This document shows, in pieces, positions 21,601 through 30,300 of a stretch of DNA of 64,000 nucleotides (positions are counted from its first letter, which is position 1; each line of letters begins with the position of its first letter). The stretch is from Promethearchaeota archaeon (GTDB taxonomy: Archaea > Asgardarchaeota > Lokiarchaeia > Sigyniarchaeales > SOKP01). Position numbers and translations under genes: made by a program. The notes below the pieces were generated by a model. It had not been told where the DNA came from, ran no database searches, and was given only the letters and a program-made list of their open reading frames with translations. The stretch lies in the NCBI GenBank assembly GCA_019894975.1, contig JAGXNO010000002.1, forward strand, positions 96,001 through 160,000. The letters are read 5' to 3'.

Positions 21601-22036
21601 TAAAATACAAGAAGTTAATGAAGAATACGTGCCTTTTGGAATTCTAGTTAAAAGTATAAGGAGTAATGATCCTAAAGTAAGAGAAGCTTCAGCAAAATTG
21701 TTAAATATTTATAGCAATCAGATTGATGAAATTTTTGATGATATTATTATATTATTGGGTGATAATGTAGAAGAAGTAAGAACCAGTACAATTAATAGTC
21801 TAGTTAAAATTATCCAAGAAGTAGGAATAAATCGAATATTATCGAAACTTCTAAAAAACCTTAGTGATGAAGGTACCATTGAAATTCAGCGGTCAATAGC
21901 TTTACTTTTTGGTCGCACCGCTCAGTATGAAGACGAAAAAACAAGAAAGAGAATTGTTTCATTACTAAAAATCCGGTGTGAAATGAGTCAAGATCCAATT
22001 ATCTGCAACATTCTGCAGAAATTAAAAGAAGGATAA
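18689..22036 (+). CDS. Polytopic membrane protein (~9 TM) fused to a long HEAT-repeat solenoid
   Basis: Hydrophobic segments in aa 1-360; repeated L.D....VR..A...L units (DSDIDTR, DPSSSVR, DEEVRNAA, DSFIRE, EEWIVREAG, DPKVREAS) to the C-terminus. Confidence 0.8.
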   Translation: MKILIIEIILLIIFLIFFAFGFFLIYRQVALVKRGEFRNKDRFQCIIYGFIFSLAIMVVVAVGFIFAVKTPELWPNTPPNINPLVLLIPFMFSLAYMTVYPLIDFLFIALSKESDEGLTPFQRFISLKVINKFNKKLVAVLIALSFYLLVFILPPIILSIIGLPFIMIWISWMLVYPLMILTFYGSKGYIAGISNAYYHIPYISRSMFLNFEDPKRGFKQFFSEPGHYIILGLMLFVFVWAWISLFQTIGFFFTGSLAISTMSSVFVFVTLFFGIIGYFTRFWGRKIKYRGIDIYFAAYLMACIGINVLVNFLIVNPSKLFDTFNLWNITSQINANSEMFAWAAVIEEIVLIIFTSYFLLARKNEFIRNIKFSKITESGQSFDPIPLFNFIKNSDPKIRKNAEEALILMFERIPLKSDIDLNNWKFKNSLLDGLCDSDIDTRRISYQIFEQLSKDIPEVILPWIIESLESPNYEKNIPVLKILINTDKFFLENIPQDIIFSLLEEPEWRLKLYGLKLFSRLLKGKTDLIQKVNFRKFMNDPNSKIQIEILNILAESSTSLPYDIIIDKIFNANNEIRAAAIKNLKNLSKEGLDEKIVLKIIPAMKDPSSSVRASIFGIFANVGRFKKNKIPLLPLLEGLSDFDEEVRNAAILALMKYYEEIPNQLNLDEIINKIDPSNIETLNTILSLLGRLWKHNPEKVLTTLLEYIKFEDDQLKKNISNILVENYPINPDLIIQNLIGIPDDSGYLTKGTIAKTFIEIGRKDPLNLIKKLIDFLKSNNIDVKLNVINVIGGLVDDLPSSIDIKPILTIMQEDQNKQLKKEASKLISRIAKNDPNVVKPLISEFMKSISNQDSSVQIVLFRSLLEIASVSPELIPIDTIINHLSDSDSFIRETNTKILGLIGYRNPIRVVDVLINIALNDEEWIVREAGVSSLGNIVSVIEDKKQIIEKLSSLLSNEESWVLRSVLIILSKIQEVNEEYVPFGILVKSIRSNDPKVREASAKLLNIYSNQIDEIFDDIIILLGDNVEEVRTSTINSLVKIIQEVGINRILSKLLKNLSDEGTIEIQRSIALLFGRTAQYEDEKTRKRIVSLLKIRCEMSQDPIICNILQKLKEG

Positions 22037-22218
22037 ATAATTAAGGACTATTCCCTAAAGTGGCATTACTAAATCTTTTCTCTCCTATATTTTTTAACTT
22101 TACAGATTTATTCACAGTTTAATAACCTATCCCTTAATATCAGCATTAAAATAATATCAAATAAATAAATAAAATATTCGATTTAATAAAATTAGAGTGA
22201 TTTAACACGACAACCCCA

Positions 22219-24336
22219 TTGACAAACCCTACAATTCCAGTAAACAGAATTCAGAAGTTTGAAGAATTTTATCGGCTATTTCAAGAAAAACCTGGAGAAT
22301 ATAAATACTTGGATCAAATTAACGATATATTTTCAAAAGGAGGAAATACGTTACTTGTCCTTTATGAGGATTTGTTAGCATTCGACCCCCAAATTGCAGA
22401 AAAACTAAAGAAAGATCCCGAAGCCTTATTGGAAGATGCCTTAGAGGCATTTAAAAATATTTTGAAATTCCAAGGTATAGTATTAAATGATCAAAATTAT
22501 TTTGTTAGGATAACAACTAAAGATGACAAGAGTTCATTATTCATACATCTTAGAGGGCTAAGAGCAGACGATATTGATAATCTCATTTGGACTAAAGGAA
22601 TCTTGGTTAGATGTTCAACTATCAGGCCAAAATTAATTAAAGCCACTTTTGAATGCGCAATATGTAGTAGTCAATTTGAAGTAATTCAACTAACTTCGAG
22701 GATAAAATGGCCAAATTTTTGTAATGATCAACATTGCAAAGCTAAAGCTCAATCAGATTTTAGACTTATATCTAAGAATTCAGAATTTATTGATTGGCAA
22801 AGTATTATGCTCCAAGAAATTCCTGAAGATTTACCACCAGGAAGAATTCCAAGATCAGTTCAAGCAATTCTTACTCATGATCTAGTTGATGCTGTTAAAC
22901 CTGGAGACAGAATAAAAGCAATGGGTATATTTAAATCTGTTTTAGCTCAATCAAAACAAAGCTATAATTCAACTTTATTTAAAACATTTATCGATATCAA
23001 TTATATAGATCCTGAAGATAAAACTGAAGATCTTATTGAATTATCAAAGGAGGATAAAAAGAAAATCGAAGAATTATCAAAAGAACCATTGATTCAAAAG
23101 AAAATCGCACGGTCAATTAGCCCTAATATATATGGTCGAGAACAATTAAAAATGGCTTGTGCATTAAGTCTATTTGGAGGAACAAGAAGAAAAAAGCCCG
23201 GGGGTGGATATAAAAGAGGAGATCTTCATTTTCTTGTGGTAGGCGATCCTGGTACAGGAAAGTCAGAAATATTAAAAGGAGCCGTCGACGTTTCACCAAG
23301 GGGGTTATACACTTCTGGAAAAGGCTCAACAGGCGTTGGTCTTACGGCTGCTGTAATAAAAGAAGGTGATACTGGTCAGATGAACCTTGAAGCTGGTGTT
23401 ATTGTCTTAGCAAATGGTGGTGTTGCTGCAATCGATGAATTCGATAAAATGGATACAGCAGATCGCTCAGCTTTACACGAAGCAATGGAACAACAAACAG
23501 TAAGTATAGCAAAAGCAGGAATAGTTGCTACTTTAAAAGCACAAACCGCAATAATTGCAGCAGCTAATCCGCATTCTGGAAGGTATGACAGATACAAGAC
23601 ACCGACTCAAAACATTCGGTTACCACCATCTCTTTTATCTCGATTTGATCTGATTTTTGTTGTCGTTGATAGACCTAATAAGTCAGAAGATGCTCAAATG
23701 GCAGAATTTATATTAAAAAACTCGATGGTTAAACCAGAAGATAATTTTGAAGATTTGGATGAATCCACTGCACCAATACCCAACGATCTCCTCAAGAAAT
23801 ACATTAAACATGCAAGAAGAACATATCACCCCATCTTAACAAATGAAGCTAAAGAAAGAATCAAAGAGTTTTATCTGAATTTAAGGAACCAGTATGATAG
23901 TGAAGATGCGATTATTTCGATTTTAGCAAGAAACTTAGATGCTTTGGTAAGATTAAGCGAAGCACACGCAAAAATGGCTTTAAGAGACTCAGTGAAAAGA
24001 GAAGATGTTGAGGAAATTATCAAGCTATTTAAAAGATATCTTAAAGATACAGGTTATGATGAGACTACGGGTAAAATTGATATGGATAGAATTTTCGTGG
24101 GTCAATCGAGAAGTAATCTAAATAGACTTGAATCTTTAATGAACCGATTGAAAGAAATATTTGATGAGAATAATTGGAGATCTCTTGACAAAAGTAATGT
24201 AGTTCAAATCTTGGAACTGGAGGAGAATTTAGATAAAAAATTTATTGAAAACGCGCTTCAAGAACTAATAAACGAAGGTACCCTTTATGAGCCAAAGAGC
24301 AACTTTATAAAATTCACGAATAATGACGCTCTCTAA
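22219..24336 (+). CDS. mcm: Replicative helicase MCM
   Basis: Zn finger CAIC..CNDQHC, GDPGTGKS, IDEFDKM, AAANP, LLSRFDL, C-terminal wHTH. Confidence 0.97.
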   Translation: MTNPTIPVNRIQKFEEFYRLFQEKPGEYKYLDQINDIFSKGGNTLLVLYEDLLAFDPQIAEKLKKDPEALLEDALEAFKNILKFQGIVLNDQNYFVRITTKDDKSSLFIHLRGLRADDIDNLIWTKGILVRCSTIRPKLIKATFECAICSSQFEVIQLTSRIKWPNFCNDQHCKAKAQSDFRLISKNSEFIDWQSIMLQEIPEDLPPGRIPRSVQAILTHDLVDAVKPGDRIKAMGIFKSVLAQSKQSYNSTLFKTFIDINYIDPEDKTEDLIELSKEDKKKIEELSKEPLIQKKIARSISPNIYGREQLKMACALSLFGGTRRKKPGGGYKRGDLHFLVVGDPGTGKSEILKGAVDVSPRGLYTSGKGSTGVGLTAAVIKEGDTGQMNLEAGVIVLANGGVAAIDEFDKMDTADRSALHEAMEQQTVSIAKAGIVATLKAQTAIIAAANPHSGRYDRYKTPTQNIRLPPSLLSRFDLIFVVVDRPNKSEDAQMAEFILKNSMVKPEDNFEDLDESTAPIPNDLLKKYIKHARRTYHPILTNEAKERIKEFYLNLRNQYDSEDAIISILARNLDALVRLSEAHAKMALRDSVKREDVEEIIKLFKRYLKDTGYDETTGKIDMDRIFVGQSRSNLNRLESLMNRLKEIFDENNWRSLDKSNVVQILELEENLDKKFIENALQELINEGTLYEPKSNFIKFTNNDAL

Positions 24337-24343
24337 GTTTTTA

Positions 24344-24865
24344 TTAGTCTTGTAGGATTGCTTGTTTAGATAACTTTAAAAATGCTAATTCTACATTATC
24401 TCCTGTTTTTGCAGAAGTGAACAAAATCAAATCCGTTTTAATGCGTTTTCCTAACGAGATAATTTCCTGTTCTTCTATTTTATTTAATAAGTCCTTTTTA
24501 TTGGCAAGTAAAATAATTGGAACGTGTGAGCAATAGTTATTTATATCTTGTACCCAAAACTTCTCAATTTGATCAAATGTGTTTTTCCTGTTCAGATCCC
24601 CCACAATTATTACACCTTTAGCCCCTGAATAATATGAGTGCCGCATATTAATCCACCGTTCTTGTCCTGCAATATCCCAAAGTTGAAGAGTTACTATCTT
24701 ATTATCTTCTAACACAACTTTTTTTGTATAGATATTAGTACCAATACTGGAGCGATAATCTTTCGAAAATTTACCCGTTATAAACTTTTTGACTAAACTG
24801 GTTTTGCCAACTGCCGGTTCTCCTATAATAATAATTTTTAATGTGATTTTCTTAGCATTGGTCAT
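24344..24865 (-). CDS. Rab-like small GTPase
   Basis: G1 GEPAVGKT, SSIG, G3 WDIAGQE, YYSGA, G4 NKKD, G5 SAK; no C-terminal prenylation Cys. Confidence 0.92.
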   Translation of the reverse strand: MTNAKKITLKIIIIGEPAVGKTSLVKKFITGKFSKDYRSSIGTNIYTKKVVLEDNKIVTLQLWDIAGQERWINMRHSYYSGAKGVIIVGDLNRKNTFDQIEKFWVQDINNYCSHVPIILLANKKDLLNKIEEQEIISLGKRIKTDLILFTSAKTGDNVELAFLKLSKQAILQD

Positions 24866-24982
24866 ATATAATTATCCCTATGAAAAAAGTTTATTAAGTT
24901 TATACATAAATATTAAAATTATTATGTCCTTAAAATTTACAAAGGAATTAATTCTTTAAGAAGAAGTTAGGGTGTATATTTT

Positions 24983-26074
24983 ATGACAGTTGGGATTGTT
25001 TATGACCCTATTTATTTAGATCATCAAACAGGATCTGATCCAGAGAATCCAAGTAGATTAGTAACGATAATGAATTTTTTGGAAGAGAAGGGAGTGCTTG
25101 ATGACCCAAGCTTTCAAATCATAAAGCCAAGAAAAGCTAGTTTAGATCAAATAAGATATGTGCATGATGATAAATTAATAAGAGAAATACAAAAAATCTG
25201 CGAATTAAGCGAAAAAACTCAACATATTCAATATTTAGATGCCGATACAGCAGCTTCTCCTAAAACATTTGAAGCATCGCTATATTCCGTGGGGGGTAAT
25301 TTACAGGCGGCTGATGAAATATTAGATGGAAATATTAGGAATGCTTTTGCGTTAGTAAGACCTCCTGGACATCATTCCAACACCCATAGGTTTGCTGGTT
25401 TTTGTATCTTCAACAATATTGCCGTGACTGCTGAATATCTTTTTAGAGAAAAAGGCATAAAAAGGATTGCTCTAATTGATTGGGATTGTCATCATGGTAA
25501 TGGAACCCAAGATATTTTTTATTACGGTTCAGAATCAGAATCAGGTGAACTTGTGTTGTTCAATTCTCATCAATATGGTTATTTTTATCCTGGAAGCGGA
25601 AATTATGATGAGATCGGTATAGGGAAAGGAGCGGGAAAAATTATTAATTATCCCATGCCTGCAGGAAGTTCCGATGATGTTATTCCGCGATTTTTTAATG
25701 AAATAATTTCCCCCATATGTGATGAGTTTAAACCAGAATTTATCCTCATCTCCGCAGGATTTGATACTCATTGGACAGATGGGTTAACAGACATGAATTG
25801 GACATACCATGCTCCTGCTAAATATTTAGCGATGATAAAAACTATCGCACATAAATATGCAAATGATAGAATACTCATAACACTCGAAGGGGGATATGCT
25901 GTTGATAAACAAGCACGGGCAGTATATAATTGTTTAAAAGTCCTTAATAATGAAGATGATAAACTACTAATGGAAGAAATGAGATCATCCAGAACAGAAC
26001 TGTTAGAATATTTTAGTGAAAGGTTAATCCCTGCATTAAAAGATAAACTAAAACCCTTTTGGAATTGCTTCTAA
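24983..26074 (+). CDS. Zn-dependent histone deacetylase family protein (class II-like)
   Basis: PENPSR, RPPGHH, GFC, DWDCHHGNGTQ, SAGFDTH, LEGGY. Confidence 0.93.
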   Translation: MTVGIVYDPIYLDHQTGSDPENPSRLVTIMNFLEEKGVLDDPSFQIIKPRKASLDQIRYVHDDKLIREIQKICELSEKTQHIQYLDADTAASPKTFEASLYSVGGNLQAADEILDGNIRNAFALVRPPGHHSNTHRFAGFCIFNNIAVTAEYLFREKGIKRIALIDWDCHHGNGTQDIFYYGSESESGELVLFNSHQYGYFYPGSGNYDEIGIGKGAGKIINYPMPAGSSDDVIPRFFNEIISPICDEFKPEFILISAGFDTHWTDGLTDMNWTYHAPAKYLAMIKTIAHKYANDRILITLEGGYAVDKQARAVYNCLKVLNNEDDKLLMEEMRSSRTELLEYFSERLIPALKDKLKPFWNCF

Positions 26075-26192
26075 TATCAGTTCTTCAAAATAATTTTATC
26101 CCGTACTTATGCATTAATTTATAAACTTAAATTCCATATTTATGTTAAAAAACTAAATAATTGAGTTTAAAAAAAAAATTAAGGAGATTAAT

Positions 26193-27095
26193 TTGTCGTA
26201 CGAATATGAGAGAGATGATGAAGAAGAAAAGAAAAAAGAATCATTAACACCTCCTTCAATGCCACCCCCTTCACAAGCACCACCCCCTTCGCAACCTCCA
26301 CCATTTACACCACCTCCTTCAATGCCACCTCCACCACAACCTCCCGCACCTAGTTATGAACCAACTCCACAACCTACTTATGAGCCGACACCAGCACCCA
26401 TATCCGCTCCTGCACAAACAGTTTCTGTGGGACCCTCACAACAAGAATATGATTCTGTTTTAAGTCAACTCCAAGATAAAGATTCTACTGTAAATCAATT
26501 ACAAAGTAAAATAAATGAAGTTAATTCACAATTTTCTACATTAAATGCCCAGCTTATCGAAAAAGATAATCATATCAGTCGATTGACTAATCAAGTTCAA
26601 TCTCTTCAATCCTCATTAGAAGGGTACCAACAGCAAGTAACTCAACTTATAGATGAAAAGGCGCAATTACAAGCACATATCCCTGGCTTACAACAACAAG
26701 TTCAGGAATTACAACAACATAATTCAATGCTACAGCAACAAATAGGACCATTACAAACCCAAATATCAAAATTACAAGAAGAAATCACCTATAAGGAAAG
26801 ACGTATTGAAGAATTAAAAGAACCTAAAGCAGTAATGCCATCCAGCTTAGCACAAGGAATTACTTCACAAGATACACCTGGTTACGGAACAACCCCCTCT
26901 TATTCAACTTCTACCCCCTCAGCAGCTCCTAGTCCTGCTATGCAATCAGGGACCGGAAGAAGAATCTGCCCCAACTGTGGTGCATCAGGTTTTGCTGTAA
27001 AAGAAATTGAAGATAAATCACGGATAATTAGTTACATACCAAAACCTATATATGCGAAGAAGCAAGTCTGCACGAAATGCGGTTTTGAGTTTTAA
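26193..27095 (+). CDS. Proline-rich / coiled-coil / C-terminal Zn-ribbon protein
   Basis: PPSMPPP repeats, Gln-rich heptads (~aa 85-210), CPNC...CTKC; GGAG upstream of the TTG start. Confidence 0.75.
   Translation: MSYEYERDDEEEKKKESLTPPSMPPPSQAPPPSQPPPFTPPPSMPPPPQPPAPSYEPTPQPTYEPTPAPISAPAQTVSVGPSQQEYDSVLSQLQDKDSTVNQLQSKINEVNSQFSTLNAQLIEKDNHISRLTNQVQSLQSSLEGYQQQVTQLIDEKAQLQAHIPGLQQQVQELQQHNSMLQQQIGPLQTQISKLQEEITYKERRIEELKEPKAVMPSSLAQGITSQDTPGYGTTPSYSTSTPSAAPSPAMQSGTGRRICPNCGASGFAVKEIEDKSRIISYIPKPIYAKKQVCTKCGFEF
26248..26329 (+). repeat. 19-nt exact direct repeat CACCTCCTTCAATGCCACC inside the Pro-rich coding region
   Basis: Copies at 26248-26266 and 26311-26329, within the two PPSMPP stretches. 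Confidence 0.85.
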
Positions 27096-27348
27096 GATAG
27101 CAGTTTTCAATTGGAGCTCTGTTTATTTTCTCCCGAACAATATTTTTCTTTCTTGTTTTTCATAAATTATTAATAGGTTGTGAATGTAAAAGTACTTCTT
27201 ACACTATATCATTAAAAATTGCCTCAACTTTCTACTTAAAAACCACTTTTAAAAAATTATTACATTTAAAAGAATTGGTGGAAAATTATATATAGTATAA
27301 TTAAGATTATAATTTCAATTGGAAATTAACAGCTCATTGTAGTTTAAT

Positions 27349-30300
27349 ATGTCGGATATAAGGGATGAATTGTTAGGGAGCACTATTAATAAAAAGAGAG
27401 TAATTGGGGTAATATTAGTAGCTCTGTTGTTAGTTTCCGTATTTGCTTTCTCAACAGCTTTCTTTAGTTTTTTATTCAACTCACAAAGACCAAGTCCTAA
27501 TAAACAAAAAGATGGATTGGATTATGAGTACGCCGATCCAACACCTCCTCCTTACCCTTTTGATGAAGATTTCTGGCAAGATTTACTCGATCAAGTTGAT
27601 CCCGAAGATATTCCAGAGCTTCTTGATATGCTAGAAGAGATGTTTGATGGGGATATTGATGATTTAGATCTCGGTAATTTTTCTGAAGGATTACTTGATC
27701 TATTATTTTCTGGAGCAGGTGAAATGGAAGTATTTCGAGTTTATGATTATTTATCGTTTTCTAATATGTCAGATGTGTTATGGAAGTATGAAAGTTTTGA
27801 TCAATATACCGGTACAGGTTGGGAATCCACAGCTGGTTCTGATCCTTATAATTTTTTCACTTACGGGGATTATTATTCCAATTACTTCCCCGATCCTGAA
27901 CTTTTAACTCTAAAGATGCCAATATCTCCAAATATTGGATCCAATAACCTGATAATGCCTTCATTATTTTCTATTCCCTTTATTATGGAAGGCAGTATTT
28001 CTGCTCCAAATTTAACTGGTTCAGAACAATTATACAAAACTGATTTTAATTCTACAACAATGGAACTTTCTTTTACATCAGATGTTGATATCAATATGAC
28101 TTTTGAATTATTTGGAGAACATCTTAAGTCTCCTTTTATAATTAATAGTTCCGCGGTGGAAGCAAGTTGGACTCCTGCTCCCATACAAAGCAAATATCTT
28201 CAATTACCTCCCACTATTGAGGTTTATAAAAGCAATAATCCATACTTTTCAAATCACACAGACATTTTAAATCAGACAATTATAGATGCTAATGATAATG
28301 CATTTGAAGTAGCTGACAAGATTAGGATATATTTGCAAACTCAATTTTCCTTTCCAATGTCTGCTGATGATTATGATCCTGCTCCAGATGGTATGGATGT
28401 TGTAGAATGGTTCTGTGAAACTCAACAGGGTGTCTGGTCTGATTTTGCTTCGGCTTTTTGTGCATTTACTCGAGCTTTTGGGGTATCGAGTCGATTTATT
28501 GATGGTTTTAATAGTATATTGATCGAAGAATTTTTTGATAATGATGAAGGGAAGGATGGATTTGCAATTAAATATAAAAATCTTTATAGTTGGTCAGAGA
28601 TTTTTGTTCCCACAGATGTTTCAGGGAATGGAGAATGGGTCCAAATAGATGTTTTTGATAGCTTTGGAGCAGGGGGGAATCCATTTTTGGGGGGGAATTA
28701 TAATATTACAGTCACACCAAATAAATTTTGGGCTAATAGACCAGATGTGATAAATATAACAGCTACCATGTCTTCCAATGTAGGAGATCCAATAGATAAT
28801 AATAGATTAACTTTTACTGATTTGACTACTGGTCAAGAAATCGGTCAAGATTACACAGATTCATTTGGGAATGCATCAGTTCTTTACAATATTAACAATT
28901 CTCACGTGATAGGACCACATATAATCGAAGCAAGATATGATTTCTTTACCGCAGGGTTAAACCTCATAACAATCTTAGGTAATATAGGAGTCAACCTTAC
29001 AAATGTAAATCCTATGTTGGTGAATCGTTCCGATGCTCTTCCAGACGCAGTCAATATTCAGGGTAATTTATATGATCCCTTAAATAATGAGCGAGTTATG
29101 GATGCAAGTGTCAATATCCTGTTGTTTCAAATAGGGACAAGTACTCAAGAATTTGGTGCATTTATTCCGTCTTCAATATTAACAGATAATAATGGTGTGT
29201 TTGATGCTCTTTTAGATTTAAATCCCTCAGTTTCAGCAGGGCAATATGAGGTCAGAGCAGATTTTAATGGGACATGGATATTGTATGGCTTTCCTTTCAA
29301 TGTTCCTACTATTAATGATTCAAGTACTAGAATTGGTTTAAATGTTACTACTGCGTTAACCACTTGGTTTTATATTGATGGTGTAGCATCAGGTAATCCT
29401 AACTTACCATCTGTTGCGCGTTATCAAACTTTAAATCTTACAGCAAGAGTGATAGAAGAAAGTTTTGGTCCAGTTTCTAATAAAAGAGTATATTTTTTTG
29501 ATTATACTAGAGGAGGAATCCCAATTGGATCCGATGTTTCAGATGCACAAGGTTACGCCTCAATTAATTATTTAGTTGGGGATAATAGTTCAACAGGACC
29601 AAATTTATTATATTCAACAATTGGTTCACAAACCAATTTTTCATATTATGTTTTAAATGAAGAACCTATAATTCATGCTATTTCGGGTCCAAATCCCCAA
29701 GTTATTAATCGTACTGGGGCGGGAATTACCCAATTTAATATTATAGGGAATATTACTGAAAGTGGGGATATAACTAAACCCCTCAGTTACTCAGTAATTA
29801 CTTTAACATTGTTAAATGGTGGATCTAATTATTCAGCATATTTAGTCCCATTAGAAGGTTATCCATATCAAACAGATTCATCTGGCTATTTTGATCTGAC
29901 TTTTGGAGTTGCTCCAAATACACCTCCTGGAAATTATACCCTAAGATTGGATTTCAATGGAACTGTTAACTTAATGAGCTATCCTTATCCTTACCTTTTT
30001 AATTTACCTTATATTAATACCTCTTCATTTTATAGTTTTGATTTAGAGGTTCAAGCTGATTCTTCTTTCTTATTTTGGATAGATGGTCAGCCTTCTGATG
30101 ATGCTTACAATCCGATAATTAACAGAAATGATATCTTAAATCTCACAACCTATATCCATCATGCAGGTACTCCTATTGTAAATGGAGAGTGGGTTTATTT
30201 CTTTGATGCTACTCAAGATAATCTATTCATTGGTGCTGATCAAACAAACGCAGGATACGCTCAAGTCTTTTATTCCACAAACTTAAGCACAACAGCCGGA

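Noticed and set aside
22037-22218. Replication origin near mcm/GINS
   Set aside because: No ORB-like repeats with G-strings and no cdc6/orc1 gene in the window
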